From assembly GCA_964350495.1 (NCBI GenBank), contig CAYGKG010000006.1, positions 8,412 to 63,176 of the forward strand: a DNA stretch of 54,765 nt. Direction: 5' to 3'. Made by a program: the position numbers and the translations under genes. Under the pieces are notes generated by a model. That model was given only the letters and a program-made list of their open reading frames with translations, was not told the origin of the DNA and ran no database searches. Source of the DNA: an uncultured Alphaproteobacteria bacterium. Lineage in GTDB: Bacteria; Pseudomonadota; Alphaproteobacteria; SHVP01. Positions 11,603-23,645 of this stretch are shown here, piece by piece. Numbering within the stretch: position 1 is the first letter of the stretch; each line of letters begins with the position of its first letter.

Positions 11603-12484
11603 TTAATGGCCGCGCTTGAGCAATTCGAGAAGTGTCGTGCCCATCGCGGCCGGCGATTCGGTTACCGTAATTCCGGCGGATTTCATGGCGTCGATCTTAT
11701 CTTCGGCGCCGCCTTTGCCGCCCGAGATGATCGCGCCGGCGTGCCCCATGCGACGCCCCGGTGGGGCCGTTCTACCGGCAATGAATCCGACGACCGGTTT
11801 TTTCGTGGTGCTGTCACGGAGAAGCCGGGCCCCCTCTTCCTCCGCGTCCCCGCCGATCTCCCCGATCATGATGATCGACTCGGTCGCCGGATCGCCCAGG
11901 AACATTTCCAAACAATCGACAAAGTTGGTGCCGTTGACAGGGTCGCCACCGATGCCGATGCAGGTCGACTGGCCGAGACCGGCAGCGGTCGTCTGCGCGA
12001 CGGCTTCATAGGTCAAGGTGCCCGACCGCGAGACGATACCTACGGACCCCGGCTTGTGAATGTGACCGGGCATGATCCCGATTTTGCAGGCGTTGGGCGT
12101 GATGACGCCCGGACAGTTCGGGCCGATTAGGCGCGACCCGGAATTCTGGAGCGCTCGTTTCACATCGACCATGTCGAGAACGGGAATGCCTTCGGTGATG
12201 CAAACGATCAGAGGCACGCCCGCATCGACGGCCTCCAGGATCGCGTCCGCAGCAAACGGCGGCGGCACGTAGATGACCGAGGCATCGACTCCAACTTTTG
12301 CGACTGCGTCGGCAACGGTGTCGAAGACCGGCAGACCCAAATGCTCCGTCCCGCCCTTTCCCGGGGTCACGCCGCCCACCATCTTGGTGCCGTAGGCGAT
12401 CGCTTGTTCGGAATGGAAGGTCCCCTGGACCCCGGTGAACCCTTGGCAGATCACCTTCGTATTCGAATCGACCAGAACAGCCAT
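11603..12484 (-). CDS. sucD: Succinyl-CoA synthetase alpha subunit
   Basis: QGFTG, IGPNCPG, phospho-His motif MGHAGA. Confidence 0.97.
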   Translation of the reverse strand: MAVLVDSNTKVICQGFTGVQGTFHSEQAIAYGTKMVGGVTPGKGGTEHLGLPVFDTVADAVAKVGVDASVIYVPPPFAADAILEAVDAGVPLIVCITEGIPVLDMVDVKRALQNSGSRLIGPNCPGVITPNACKIGIMPGHIHKPGSVGIVSRSGTLTYEAVAQTTAAGLGQSTCIGIGGDPVNGTNFVDCLEMFLGDPATESIIMIGEIGGDAEEEGARLLRDSTTKKPVVGFIAGRTAPPGRRMGHAGAIISGGKGGAEDKIDAMKSAGITVTESPAAMGTTLLELLKRGH

Positions 12485-13653
12485 CAGACAGCCTCCTCGA
12501 CCGCTTTGACGATCTTTCGGGCGGCATCGCCCAAATCGTCCCCGGTGATGATCGGGAGGCCGGAGTTGGCCAGAATCTCTTTGCCCAGCGCGACATTGGT
12601 CCCTTCGAGGCGGACCACGAGCGGCACATGGAGGCTGACGTCACGCGCCGCGGCGACCACGCCCTCGGCGATCACGTCGCAACGCATGATCCCGCCGAAA
12701 ATATTCACCAGGATGCCTTCGACATTGGGGTCCGAGAGAATGATCTTGAACGCCTCGGTGACGCGCTCTTTGTTGGCGCCGCCGCCGACATCGAGAAAGT
12801 TGGCCGGCGCACCGCCGAACAGCTTGATGATATCCATCGTCGCCATGGCCAAGCCGGCGCCATTGACCATGCACCCGATCGAACCGTCGAGTTTGATGTA
12901 GTTGAGGTCGTGTTTCTGGGCCTCGATTTCGGCCGGGTCTTCTTCGTTTTCGTCACGCAGCGCCGCGATGTCTTTGTGCCGGAACAACGCGTTGTCGTCG
13001 AAGTTCATTTTCGCATCCAGCGCGACGACGCCGCCCGCGCCGGTGACCACCAGCGGATTGATTTCGAGGAGGCTCGCGTCGGTAGCGAGGAAGGCTTTGT
13101 ATGCCCCAAGCACAAACCGGACCGTCGATTTGATTTGCTCGCCCTCCAGCCCGAGTGCAAAGGCGACCTTACGGGCGTGGAAGGGCTGAATACCCGTGGC
13201 CGGATCGATGGTCACTACCGTGATCTTTTCCGGGGTGTGCGCCGCGACCTCTTCGATGTCCATGCCGCCCTCGGTGGAGGCCATGATCGACACCCGGCTG
13301 GTGCCGCGGTCGACAAGCATGCCGAGATAAAGTTCGCGGGCGATATCGGCGCCCTCTTCGACGTAGATGCGCCTGACCAGGCGGCCCTGGGGCCCGGTTT
13401 GGGGGGTGACGAGGGTCATACCGATCATGGCCGACGCAGCCGCGTTCAGTTCCTCCAGGGATTTGACGACCTTGACGCCGCCGCCCTTGCCCCGGCCACC
13501 GGCGTGGATCTGGGCTTTGACGACCCAAACCGATCCACCGAGGTCCTCGGCGACCTTTTTGGCCTCCTGAGGCGTGTAGGCAACCCCACCGCGGGGCACA
13601 GTGACCCCGTATTGGGCGAGGACGCCCTTGGCCTGATACTCATGAATATTCAT
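12484..13653 (-). CDS. sucC: Succinyl-CoA synthetase beta subunit
   Basis: [44 protein letters not shown]. Confidence 0.97.
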   Translation of the reverse strand: MNIHEYQAKGVLAQYGVTVPRGGVAYTPQEAKKVAEDLGGSVWVVKAQIHAGGRGKGGGVKVVKSLEELNAAASAMIGMTLVTPQTGPQGRLVRRIYVEEGADIARELYLGMLVDRGTSRVSIMASTEGGMDIEEVAAHTPEKITVVTIDPATGIQPFHARKVAFALGLEGEQIKSTVRFVLGAYKAFLATDASLLEINPLVVTGAGGVVALDAKMNFDDNALFRHKDIAALRDENEEDPAEIEAQKHDLNYIKLDGSIGCMVNGAGLAMATMDIIKLFGGAPANFLDVGGGANKERVTEAFKIILSDPNVEGILVNIFGGIMRCDVIAEGVVAAARDVSLHVPLVVRLEGTNVALGKEILANSGLPIITGDDLGDAARKIVKAVEEAV

Positions 13654-13750
13654 GGAACGCCTAACGTAGTTACCTTGATCGGGCGCCGGAAGTCTGGGCC
13701 ACCGTGATCATTACGCCATAACCGCCTATTTCATCAAATCGGCGGCCGGA

Positions 13751-14806
<1,056 letters not shown>

Positions 14807-14849
14807 CTACTCCGAATCCCGGAGTCGAGCAAGCGCGCGGACACTGTGG

Positions 14850-14877
14850 CTTGAAGCACCCGACGGGCGGCACATAT
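14850..14877 (+). promoter_or_regulatory. Putative sigma32 (RpoH) promoter for htpG
   Basis: CTTGAA-N15-CACATAT, close to the RpoH consensus CTTGAA-N13..17-CCCATNT/CCTATAT, about 55 bp upstream of a heat-shock gene. Confidence 0.7.
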
Positions 14878-14930
14878 GGTGCGGCAGGCCCGCGTCAGCG
14901 CGACGCACGCCCGAATCTTGACCGGAGACC

Positions 14931-16841
14931 ATGAGAATGACCGACGCGGACGCCCCAACTGTCGAGAAAAGAAGCTTTCAGGCGGAAGTCAGCCGCCTAC
15001 TCCAAATCGTCGCCAACTCGCTGTACAGCGACAGGGACGTATTCCTGCGCGAGTTGATCTCGAACGCGTCCGATGCGTGCGACAAGCTGCGCTACGAATC
15101 GATCACGGCGCCTGCGCTCATCGACGACGACCCCGACTTCCGCGTCGTGTTGGAAGTGGACAAGACCGCTGGTGTGTTGCGAGTCAGCGACAACGGCATC
15201 GGCATGACCCGCGACGAATTGGCCGACAACCTGGGAACCATCGCAAAATCCGGCACGGCGGCCTTCATGGAACAACTGAAGGACGCCAAAGCCGACAGCA
15301 AGGACAAGGCGGCCTCGATGATCGGCCAGTTCGGGGTCGGCTTCTATTCGGCGTTTATGGTGGCCGACCAGGTCGTGGTCGAGTCGCGACGGGCCGACGA
15401 GAAACAGGGGTGGCGCTGGACGTCGGACGGGCTGGGCGAGTTCACGATTGGGCCGAGCGACCGGGCCACGCGCGGCACCACAGTTAGCCTCCACCTCAAA
15501 AAAGACGCCAAGGACTACCTCAAGCCCGAGACGCTGCGGCGGATCGTCAAGAAACACGCCGACCACATTGGGATCCCTGTCGTCCTGACGGGCAGCGACG
15601 CGGCACCGGAGACGTTGAACGACGCCTCCGCCCTTTGGACCAAACCAAAGAACGAAATCGAAGCGAGCCAGTACACAGAGTTCTACCACCACGTCTCGGG
15701 CAATTTCGACGAACCGACATTGACCTTGCACGCCCGCGTCGAAGGGAAGATCGACTACACCCTCCTCCTCTTCGTGCCGACTGTCCGTCCGTTCGACATT
15801 TTCGATCCGGCGCGAGCCCACCACGTGCGGCTCTACGTCAAACGAGTCTTCGTTACCGCCGAGATGGAAGGCTTGGTGCCGCCGTATCTCCGGTTTCTCT
15901 GCGGTGTCGTCGATACCCAGGATCTCAGCCTCAACGTCAGCCGAGAAATGCTTCAGGCGAGCCCGTTGGTTGCGAAAATTCGCAAGGACATCGTCAAGAA
16001 GCTGTTCCGCGAGTTGCAAAAGCTGTCGGACAAGGAGCCGGAGAAGTTCGAGGCGTTCTGGAAAGAGTTCGGAGCGGTGGTCAAGGAAGGTCTGTACGAG
16101 GACCCCGAGGCCAAGGACAACATCCTTCCGATCGCCCGATTTCAGAGCACGCGGTCATCCGAGGTGACTACCCTCGCCGCATACATTGAACGGATGAAAG
16201 ACGGTCAGAAGACGATCTACTACATCGTCGGCGACCGCGACGCCGTGGCGCGTAGCCCCCACTTGGAGGGCTTTAAGGCGCGCGACATCGAGGTCTTGCT
16301 TTTGTCGGACCCGGTTGACGATTTCTGGGTCAATGCGCTCGGTTCCTTCGATGAAATCCCGTTCAAATCCGTGACTCGGGGCGCAGCCGACCTCCAGGAT
16401 TTGCCGGTCGCCGCGCCAGACGCTGCGGACACCGCTCGCGACCCCGACGATGTCGGCACCAAACGGCTGGTGGCGCTCCTCAAACTCGCGCTCAAAGACC
16501 GCGCGCAGGACGTTCGGGTCAGCGACCGGCTGACCGACAGCCCGGCGTGTCTCGTCGCCGCCGACGACGGATTGGATATGCACACCGAGCGCCTGTTGCG
16601 CCAGCATGGGCGGATCACGGCGGGCACCCTTCGGGTTCTGGAGATCAATCCCAAACATGCGGTGATATCAGCACTCGCGAAACTCGCCGCCAGCGAGAAC
16701 GCCGGCGCACGATTGGACGACGCCGCGCACGTCCTGTTCGATCAGGCGACAATCCTCGAAGGCGAGTTGCCGCCGGATATCGCGGCGTTTTCGCGCCGCT
16801 TGGTGGCGATTCTCGAAAAAGCAGTCGCGGTGGAGAGCTAG
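14931..16841 (+). CDS. htpG: Molecular chaperone HtpG (Hsp90)
   Basis: FLRELISNASDA, DNGIGM, IGQFGVGFYS, LNVSRE, LEINP. Start is 14931 or 14937. Confidence 0.97.
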   Translation: MRMTDADAPTVEKRSFQAEVSRLLQIVANSLYSDRDVFLRELISNASDACDKLRYESITAPALIDDDPDFRVVLEVDKTAGVLRVSDNGIGMTRDELADNLGTIAKSGTAAFMEQLKDAKADSKDKAASMIGQFGVGFYSAFMVADQVVVESRRADEKQGWRWTSDGLGEFTIGPSDRATRGTTVSLHLKKDAKDYLKPETLRRIVKKHADHIGIPVVLTGSDAAPETLNDASALWTKPKNEIEASQYTEFYHHVSGNFDEPTLTLHARVEGKIDYTLLLFVPTVRPFDIFDPARAHHVRLYVKRVFVTAEMEGLVPPYLRFLCGVVDTQDLSLNVSREMLQASPLVAKIRKDIVKKLFRELQKLSDKEPEKFEAFWKEFGAVVKEGLYEDPEAKDNILPIARFQSTRSSEVTTLAAYIERMKDGQKTIYYIVGDRDAVARSPHLEGFKARDIEVLLLSDPVDDFWVNALGSFDEIPFKSVTRGAADLQDLPVAAPDAADTARDPDDVGTKRLVALLKLALKDRAQDVRVSDRLTDSPACLVAADDGLDMHTERLLRQHGRITAGTLRVLEINPKHAVISALAKLAASENAGARLDDAAHVLFDQATILEGELPPDIAAFSRRLVAILEKAVAVES

Positions 16842-17590
16842 GGCCGCGTCAGGCTCGCAAGGTCGGCCTTTTCGGCACCCAGAATGTGGCCGGAATCATG
16901 TTCCTGCACGATTACGGCAACGGCTTCGCCAACCGCTTGGAGATCCGCGATGCTGAGCGCCAAACTCAGTGTCTTGCCGTACCATTCGCCGACTTCCCGA
17001 ACGTCGCGAACGACGTTGTGCGAGCCCAGCGTACGACCGCCGTTCTCGCCGCGCTCCACCGCCACTTCGTGGTATGGATCGAAAACGATCAACCACACTA
17101 GAACCCGCCGATTGTAAATTTGCCCCTCGGAGACATCGATCCGCAGGGTGCCCAGCGGCACCTCCGAAAGGTGAACCGTGAGGCTTTCGTTCTGTTCAAG
17201 CGCGGCCTTTCGGATCACTCGGTCGACTGCTTTGTGCCGCGAACCAACCTCATGGTAACGGCCGCCAACGACAATCTGCGGCGTATAGATCGTCCGCTCG
17301 CCGAGGGTTCGGGCGTAGTCGCGCTGGCGGTTGGTATTGGCCTCGCTGGCAAAGGTATCGCGCCACCCGAGGTAGTCCCAGTAATTGACGTGGTAGCTTA
17401 GGGCGATGACGTTGTCGCGCCCTTTGAGCGACGCGAGGTAGGCATCGGCCGGCGGACAGGAGTTGCACCCCTGCGAGGTGAACAGCTCCACCACGACAGG
17501 CGCCTTGCGGTCGGCGGCCATCGCACCGTGGACGCTCGCGAAGGTTACCGCGGCAACCGCAAGTCCAAAAAGCAACCGAAGATTAGCCAT
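16838..17590 (-). CDS. DUF1223 thioredoxin-like exported protein
   Basis: Signal peptide, VVELFTSQGCNSCPPAD, HVNYWDYLGW, YTPQ, GENGGR..HNVVR; adjacent to acnA. Confidence 0.88.
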   Translation of the reverse strand: MANLRLLFGLAVAAVTFASVHGAMAADRKAPVVVELFTSQGCNSCPPADAYLASLKGRDNVIALSYHVNYWDYLGWRDTFASEANTNRQRDYARTLGERTIYTPQIVVGGRYHEVGSRHKAVDRVIRKAALEQNESLTVHLSEVPLGTLRIDVSEGQIYNRRVLVWLIVFDPYHEVAVERGENGGRTLGSHNVVRDVREVGEWYGKTLSLALSIADLQAVGEAVAVIVQEHDSGHILGAEKADLASLTRP

Positions 17591-17650
17591 GTCTCGACGC
17601 TATCTCCGGCACCATCGACTCGCGAATCAAGAAAGGGTGACCGCCCCGCG

Positions 17651-20344
17651 CTATGCGGTGCCGGCGATTAGGTTCCTCAAGACATAGTGAAGAATGCCGC
17701 CGTTGAGGTAGTAATCGACCTCGTTCGCCGTATCGATGCGACACAGAAGTTCGACGGACTTCGATTTTCCGTCCGCGTAGACGATCCGGCAACTGACATC
17801 CATCAGCGGTTTAATGCCCTTTTCCATCCCAACGATGTCGATCGTTTCGCTACCGTCGAGCTTGAGGCTCTTGCGAGTCATCCCGTTCTTGAACTCAAGC
17901 GGGAGTACACCCATCCCGACCAGGTTGGAGCGATGGATCCGTTCGAAACTCTCGGCGACGACGGCGCCAACGCCGAGTAGGCGAGTGCCTTTCGCCGCCC
18001 AGTCGCGCGACGAACCGGTGCCATATTCCTTGCCGGCGACGATCACGAGTTTGATGCCCTTTTCTTGGTAGGCCATCGCCGCATCGTAGATCGACATTTG
18101 CTTGCCGCCGGGTTGGTAACGCGTCACCCCGCCTTCGGTGCCGGGCGCCATTTCGTTGCGCAGCCGGATGTTGGCAAATGTCCCGCGCATCATCACTTCG
18201 TGGTTGCCGCGGCGCGAACCGTAGGAGTTAAAGTCGATCGGTTTCACGCCATGCTTCTTGAGGTACTCGCCCGCGGGGCCCGCTTCCTTGATGGATCCGG
18301 CAGGGGAAATGTGGTCGGTCGTGATCGAATCGCCGAGCAACGCGAGGAGACGCGCACCCTTGATATCCGAGACCTTCGACAACTCTGGTGACAGTGCCTC
18401 AAAGTAGGGCGGGTTTTTGACGTAGGTCGATTTTTTGTTCCAGTCGTAGGTCAACCCGCCGCCGGTCTTAATCTTGCGCCAGCGCGCATCGCCTACGGTC
18501 GCGTTCGCGTATTCATCGCGGAACATGGACGGCTTGACCGAACGGCGAATGGTGCGATGGATCTCTTCGTTGGAGGGCCAAATATCGGCGAGGTAGACCG
18601 GGTTGCCCTTTTTGTCTTCGCCGAGCGGGTCCTTGAACAGATCGATCTTCATGTTCCCGGCGATCGCGTAAGCCACAACCAGCATCGGCGATGCCAGGTA
18701 GTTTGCGCGGGTATGCGGGCTAACCCGGCCTTCGAAATTGCGATTGCCCGACAGCACCGCCGCGGCAACGAGGTCGCCTGTACCGATGGCATCGGAAATC
18801 GGCGTGGGCAGCGGGCCGGAATTCCCGATGCAGGTCGTGCAGCCATAGCCGACCAGGTTGAACCCAAGCTTGTTCAAGTCGTCCTGGAGCCCGGCATGCT
18901 TGAGGTACTCGGTCACTACCTTCGACCCCGGCGCGAGCGAGGTCTTGACCCACGGCTTGACTTTCAAACCCTTCGCCACCGCATTGCGCGCGACCAACCC
19001 GGCGCCAAGCATGACGGCTGGATTGGAGGTGTTGGTGCAGCTCGTAATCGCGGCGAGGACAACGTCACCGTGGGTCAGTTCATAATTGGTGCCCGCGACC
19101 TTGACGCTCTTATCCTTATCCTTGACGCCGTATTCGCTTTCGAGGCCGGCCTTGAAGCCAAGTGCGGCGGCAGATAGCGGAATGCGATCCTGCGGCCGCT
19201 TCGGGCCCGCGAGGCTAGGTTCAACCGTCGAAATGTCGAGTTCCATCGTCGCCGAAAAAATCGGTTCGGGACCGCGCGACGTGCGCCACAGGCCCTGGGC
19301 CTTGGCGTATTTCTCGACGAGATCGATATCGGCCTTCTTACGGCCGGTCGCGCGCAGATAAGCGAGGGTCTCATCATCGACCGGAAAGAAGCCGCAGGTT
19401 GCGCCGTATTCCGGCGCCATATTCGAAATCGTCGCCCGGTCGGCAAGCGACAACTGCGACAGGCCAGGGCCGTAGAATTCGACGAACTTACCGACCACGC
19501 CCATCTTGCGCAGCATCTGGGTCACCGTGAGCACCAGATCGGTCGCGGTGGTGCCCTCCTTGGGCTTGCCGCTCAGGCGGAACCCGACGACCTCGGGGAT
19601 CAACATCGAAATGGGCTGACCCAGCATCGCGGCTTCGGCCTCGATGCCGCCGACACCCCAACCGAGGACGGACAACCCATTCACCATCGTCGTATGGCTA
19701 TCGGTACCGACCAGCGTGTCGGGATAGGCAAAGGTCTTGCCGGCAACCTTGTCAGTCCACACCACGCGGGCGAGATATTCCAGGTTCACCTGGTGGCAAA
19801 TGCCGACGCCGGGCGGCACGACGCGGAAGTTATCGAACGCCTCCTGTCCCCACCGCAGGAACTCATAGCGCTCCATGTTGCGTTCGTATTCGAACTGCAC
19901 GTTGTTCTTGAAGGCAGAAGCGGTCCCAAAGGTATCGACCATCACGGAGTGATCGATCACCAGATCGACAGGGGACAGTGGATTAATCTTGGCAGGGTTG
20001 CCACCGGCTGCCGCGACGGCGTCGCGCATGGCGGCCAAATCGACGACCGCAGGAACGCCGGTAAAGTCTTGCATCAACACGCGCGCCGGTCGGTAGGCGA
20101 TCTCGCGCGCCAACTTGCGCCGTTTCAACCACGACGCCATAGCCTTCACGTCGGAGACCTTCACCGTGCGGCCATCTTCGAAACGCAGAAGATTCTCGAA
20201 CAGAACCTTTAGCGAGAGCGGCAGCGTGCTGAGATCGACGTCGAGCGCCTTTTGCGCAGCCTTAATGCTGAAATATTCGTAGCTGCGATTGCCGACCTTC
20301 AAAGTCCGGCGCGTTTTGAGAGTGTCCCGACCGATCGACGCCAC
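17651..20344 (-). CDS. acnA: Aconitate hydratase A
   Basis: [44 protein letters not shown]; GTG start with upstream GGAGG. Confidence 0.97.
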   Translation of the reverse strand: MASIGRDTLKTRRTLKVGNRSYEYFSIKAAQKALDVDLSTLPLSLKVLFENLLRFEDGRTVKVSDVKAMASWLKRRKLAREIAYRPARVLMQDFTGVPAVVDLAAMRDAVAAAGGNPAKINPLSPVDLVIDHSVMVDTFGTASAFKNNVQFEYERNMERYEFLRWGQEAFDNFRVVPPGVGICHQVNLEYLARVVWTDKVAGKTFAYPDTLVGTDSHTTMVNGLSVLGWGVGGIEAEAAMLGQPISMLIPEVVGFRLSGKPKEGTTATDLVLTVTQMLRKMGVVGKFVEFYGPGLSQLSLADRATISNMAPEYGATCGFFPVDDETLAYLRATGRKKADIDLVEKYAKAQGLWRTSRGPEPIFSATMELDISTVEPSLAGPKRPQDRIPLSAAALGFKAGLESEYGVKDKDKSVKVAGTNYELTHGDVVLAAITSCTNTSNPAVMLGAGLVARNAVAKGLKVKPWVKTSLAPGSKVVTEYLKHAGLQDDLNKLGFNLVGYGCTTCIGNSGPLPTPISDAIGTGDLVAAAVLSGNRNFEGRVSPHTRANYLASPMLVVAYAIAGNMKIDLFKDPLGEDKKGNPVYLADIWPSNEEIHRTIRRSVKPSMFRDEYANATVGDARWRKIKTGGGLTYDWNKKSTYVKNPPYFEALSPELSKVSDIKGARLLALLGDSITTDHISPAGSIKEAGPAGEYLKKHGVKPIDFNSYGSRRGNHEVMMRGTFANIRLRNEMAPGTEGGVTRYQPGGKQMSIYDAAMAYQEKGIKLVIVAGKEYGTGSSRDWAAKGTRLLGVGAVVAESFERIHRSNLVGMGVLPLEFKNGMTRKSLKLDGSETIDIVGMEKGIKPLMDVSCRIVYADGKSKSVELLCRIDTANEVDYYLNGGILHYVLRNLIAGTA

Positions 20345-20425
20345 AATATGCCTCCAAACCTAAGTTGAGCGCGATCCAACGACGCGCTGAAGCGCGGTTT
20401 ACCACGGCCCGGGAGGCAATTCTAC

Positions 20426-20611
20426 TCAGCCGGCAGGATCGGGCGCCGCGCCCGCGCCGACAGCGCTGAAACCGCCATTGGCACGAGCGCGCCAAAAAAG
20501 GTATCCGCCGGTGACGATCGCCAAGCCGAAGACGTTGACGCCGAAATGAGGGGTGCCGCAAGCCAATAGCTGCCCGAGCACGAGCCAGGGTAGCAAAATG
20601 GTCAAGGTCAT
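20426..20611 (-). CDS. Possible small membrane protein or transporter remnant (61 aa)
   Basis: Only coherent ORF in the acnA-ccmA gap; two hydrophobic stretches; no clear SD. Confidence 0.3.
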   Translation of the reverse strand: MTLTILLPWLVLGQLLACGTPHFGVNVFGLAIVTGGYLFWRARANGGFSAVGAGAAPDPAG

Positions 20612-20719
20612 TGGTGGAACCCGATCGGGTCGGCGTTTGCAGACGGGAAATCTTGCGCCCTAAACTGCCGGCACCCCCGTCACAATCCAGTGACGCGCCC
20701 AACCAGAGCAAGCCACACC

Positions 20720-21385
20720 ATGAGCCACGCCCCCCGGCGCGACATATTCCGGGCCGACCGGTTGACCTGTATTCGCGGCCAACGGCTGGTGTTCGCCGAT
20801 CTGTCGTTCACGGTTGCGCCGGGCAGTGTCACGCTACTGCGCGGGCCCAACGGGAGCGGCAAATCGAGCTTGCTCCGATTGGTGGCGGGTCTGCTCAAGC
20901 CCGCGAGCGGGCAGATGTTCTGGGGGACCGACGCCATTTCCCCCGACCCGGAATTCCACCGGCGACAAATCCGCTATGTCGGCCATCAAGATGCAGTCAA
21001 ACCGGCCTTGAGCGTTGCCGAGAACCTTATTTATTGGGCTGCGATCTATGGTTCGCCCCAGGTGGGGCGCGCAGCAATCAAGGAGGCCCTTGCGACCCAG
21101 GCGCTCGACGACCTCGCCGATCTTCCGGCACGTTTGCTCTCGGCCGGTCAGCGGCGGCGACTCAACCTCGTTCGGTTGACGCTCTCGCCGGGCCATCTGT
21201 GGCTGTTGGACGAACCGACGGTGTCGCTCGATGCCGAAAGCGTGACGCGCCTAGAGACCGGCCTGCGCGACCACCTCGCCCGGGAGGGCAGTGCGTTGAT
21301 TGCGACCCATGCACCGCTGTCGATCGGCGGGCACGAAACCGTCGCATTATCGCCGGCGCAGACGCTGGACGCGCTCGATGTCTGA
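20720..21385 (+). CDS. ccmA: Heme ABC exporter ATP-binding protein CcmA
   Basis: GPNGSGKS, YVGHQDAVK, LSAGQRRR, WLLDEP. Confidence 0.94.
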   Translation: MSHAPRRDIFRADRLTCIRGQRLVFADLSFTVAPGSVTLLRGPNGSGKSSLLRLVAGLLKPASGQMFWGTDAISPDPEFHRRQIRYVGHQDAVKPALSVAENLIYWAAIYGSPQVGRAAIKEALATQALDDLADLPARLLSAGQRRRLNLVRLTLSPGHLWLLDEPTVSLDAESVTRLETGLRDHLAREGSALIATHAPLSIGGHETVALSPAQTLDALDV

Positions 21386-22043
21386 GTTCCTCGCCCTGCT
21401 GCGCCGCGATCTGGTCCTCGCCCGCCGCCAGGGCAGCGCAGCGACCAGCGTTGCGGTCTTCTTTATCCTAACGGTATCGCTGTTTCCCCTCGGCGTCGGG
21501 CCGGAGTCCGCGCTGCTCGGCCGGATTGCGAGCGGCGTAATCTGGGTCGCCGCGCTCCTCGCCACGATGCTTTCGCTCGACCGCGTCTATCAGAGCGATT
21601 TCGAGGACGGCAGCCTCGACCTGATCGCGCTGAGTCCGCTGCCGCTGGAATTGGTATCGCTCGCCAAAACGCTGGCGCATTGGATGACCACGGGCCTTTT
21701 GCTTGTGGTGCTAAGCCCACTCCTCGGCGTGCTGATGCAGCTCGACGTGTCCGCGTTCTTCACGCTGATCGCGGCGATGGCCCTTGGCACCCCCAGTCTG
21801 AGCCTAATGGGCAGTATCGGCGCGGCGCTCACCGTCGGGGTCAAACGCGGCGGTGTCCTGTTGTCGCTGTTGGTGATCCCTCTTTTCATCCCGGTGTTGA
21901 TTTTTGGTGTGGCGGCGGTCGATGCGACGGTCGACGGCCTGTCGCCCCGACCCCACCTATTGATCTTGGGGGCGATTTTCCTGTTCTCGGCAGTTCTGGC
22001 GCCGATCGCGAGCGCCGCGGCGCTGCGGCTGAATCTGGAATAA
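21378..22043 (+). CDS. ccmB: Heme exporter protein CcmB
   Basis: LFPLGVGP, DFEDGSLD, IGAALT, LLVIPLFIPVLIFG; start at MSEFLALLRRD. Confidence 0.95.
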   Translation: MSEFLALLRRDLVLARRQGSAATSVAVFFILTVSLFPLGVGPESALLGRIASGVIWVAALLATMLSLDRVYQSDFEDGSLDLIALSPLPLELVSLAKTLAHWMTTGLLLVVLSPLLGVLMQLDVSAFFTLIAAMALGTPSLSLMGSIGAALTVGVKRGGVLLSLLVIPLFIPVLIFGVAAVDATVDGLSPRPHLLILGAIFLFSAVLAPIASAAALRLNLE

Positions 22044-22133
22044 TGCGCGGGCGCGTCTGTTGAGTTATCCAACACGGGTTGACCCACCTCTCACGGTGTC
22101 GTGCATTGCTGCAACGACGGTCGAGAAAGCTTA

Positions 22134-22886
22134 ATGGCCACCATGCATCGCTTCGCAAACCCCGCGCGCTTCGTGCGAATCAGTTCGGCTTTGTTGCCGT
22201 GGCTTACCGGTGCCACCGCGATCCTATTCGGGATTGGGCTTTACCTTGGGCTGTTCGTCTCGCCCCCCGACTATCAGCAAGGGGACAGCGTACGGATCAT
22301 GTATGTGCATGTCCCGGCGGCCACGTTGGCCTCCGGCGTCTATGCCTTTATGGCGATCGCAAGCGCGGTGGCGTTGATTTGGCGGCACCCGCTGGCAGAT
22401 ATCGCGGCAAAATCCGCCGCGCCCATCGGCGCAGCCTTTACCGTCATCGCCCTGATTACAGGGGCGCTGTGGGGTCAGCCGACGTGGGGCACCTGGTGGG
22501 TGTGGGACGCTCGGCTCACCTCGGTATTGATCATGTTGTTCTTGTATCTGGGGTATATGGGATTATGGGAGGCCTTCGACGACGACCGGCGCGCCGCTAA
22601 GGCTGCCGCCATTCTCGCCCTCGTCGGTGCGATCAATCTTCCGATCATCAAATTCTCGGTCGATTGGTGGAACACACTGCACCAGCCGGCCAGCATCATC
22701 CGGATTGGCGGCCCGACCATTCATCCGGACATCCTGGCGCCCCTCGCCGTTATGTGGGGCGGGTTTGCCTGTTTCTTCGCCGTCGTTCTCATCTTGCGCA
22801 TGCAGCGAGAAATCGTTGCCCGGCGGATACAGGCCTTGCAAACGCTGTACGTTGCCGCCGACGGTCGTGCGACCGTCGAAACCTAG
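22134..22886 (+). CDS. ccmC: Heme ABC transporter permease CcmC
   Basis: IMYVHVP, WWD motif WGQPTWGTWWVWDARL, WWNTLHQ. Confidence 0.96.
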   Translation: MATMHRFANPARFVRISSALLPWLTGATAILFGIGLYLGLFVSPPDYQQGDSVRIMYVHVPAATLASGVYAFMAIASAVALIWRHPLADIAAKSAAPIGAAFTVIALITGALWGQPTWGTWWVWDARLTSVLIMLFLYLGYMGLWEAFDDDRRAAKAAAILALVGAINLPIIKFSVDWWNTLHQPASIIRIGGPTIHPDILAPLAVMWGGFACFFAVVLILRMQREIVARRIQALQTLYVAADGRATVET

Positions 22887-22900
22887 AATCGGGCGCTTTG

Positions 22901-22929
22901 TGGACCCGTCTTGGGTGGGTTCCTATATT
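22901..22929 (+). promoter_or_regulatory. Possible internal sigma70 promoter upstream of ccmD
   Basis: TGGACC-N17-TATATT inside the 107-bp ccmC-ccmD gap. Confidence 0.4.
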
Positions 22930-22993
22930 GGCGCAAAACAAGTAGGGCGGTCGCGCAACGGTCAAGGCAAACGGTCTGCGGTACAACGACGGC

Positions 22994-23200
22994 ATGGACA
23001 TGGCGGCATTTCTTCACATGGGCGGATACGGGGCTTTCGTTTGGCCGGCTTTCGGGGTGACTGCCCTCCTCCTAGTGGGGCTTTTCGTGCGCAGCCGCAT
23101 CGCCTTGAAGATCGACCAAAAGACGCTAGATCTTCTGCAGCAGGCGCGGCGCGGACGGCGGCGCGATCTTGGCGGCGCCCACAGAGAATCGGATACCTAG
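22994..23200 (+). CDS. ccmD: Heme exporter protein CcmD
   Basis: FLHMGGYGAFVWPAFG motif, single TM and basic tail; lies between ccmC and ccmE. Confidence 0.9.
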   Translation: MDMAAFLHMGGYGAFVWPAFGVTALLLVGLFVRSRIALKIDQKTLDLLQQARRGRRRDLGGAHRESDT

Positions 23201-23201
23201 C

Positions 23202-23645
23202 ATGAGACCAAAACGCCGCCGCTTGTATTTCGTGCTGGCCGGGATGTCCGCGCTCGCCGTCGCGGTCGCCTTGGCCCTGGCCGCCTTCGAAGACAACCTT
23301 GTCTTCTTCAACAGCCCGACCGATGTCTATGCAAAGGAAGTCCCCCAGGACCGACGGTTCAGGCTCGGCGGCTTAGTCGAGGAGCAATCCGTCGCTAGGT
23401 CCCAAGACGGGCTGACCACAACCTTTAGGGTTACCGACCTGAATCGAGCGGTTCCGGTCGCCTATACCGGCATTTTGCCCGATCTGTTCCGGGAGGGGCA
23501 AGGCATCGTGGCCGACGGACGGCTCACCGCGGACGGCACCTTTGTCGCCGACAATGTCCTGGCTAAACATGACGAAAACTACATGCCGCCGGAAGTTGCC
23601 GAAGCGTTGAAAAAAAGCGGCCAATGGAAAGGCGGTTCGGAATGA
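23202..23645 (+). CDS. ccmE: Heme chaperone CcmE
   Basis: RLGGLV, YTGILPDLFREGQG, LAKHDENY. Confidence 0.96.
   Translation: MRPKRRRLYFVLAGMSALAVAVALALAAFEDNLVFFNSPTDVYAKEVPQDRRFRLGGLVEEQSVARSQDGLTTTFRVTDLNRAVPVAYTGILPDLFREGQGIVADGRLTADGTFVADNVLAKHDENYMPPEVAEALKKSGQWKGGSE

Noticed and set aside
20619-20630. 12-bp palindrome ACCCGATCGGGT between acnA and ccmA
   Set aside because: Single GC-rich occurrence with no match to a known operator; plausible by chance.
22058-22074. TGTTG-N7-CAACA upstream of ccmC as an FNR or DnaA box
   Set aside because: Spacing and bases fit neither TTGAT-N4-ATCAA nor TTATCCACA.
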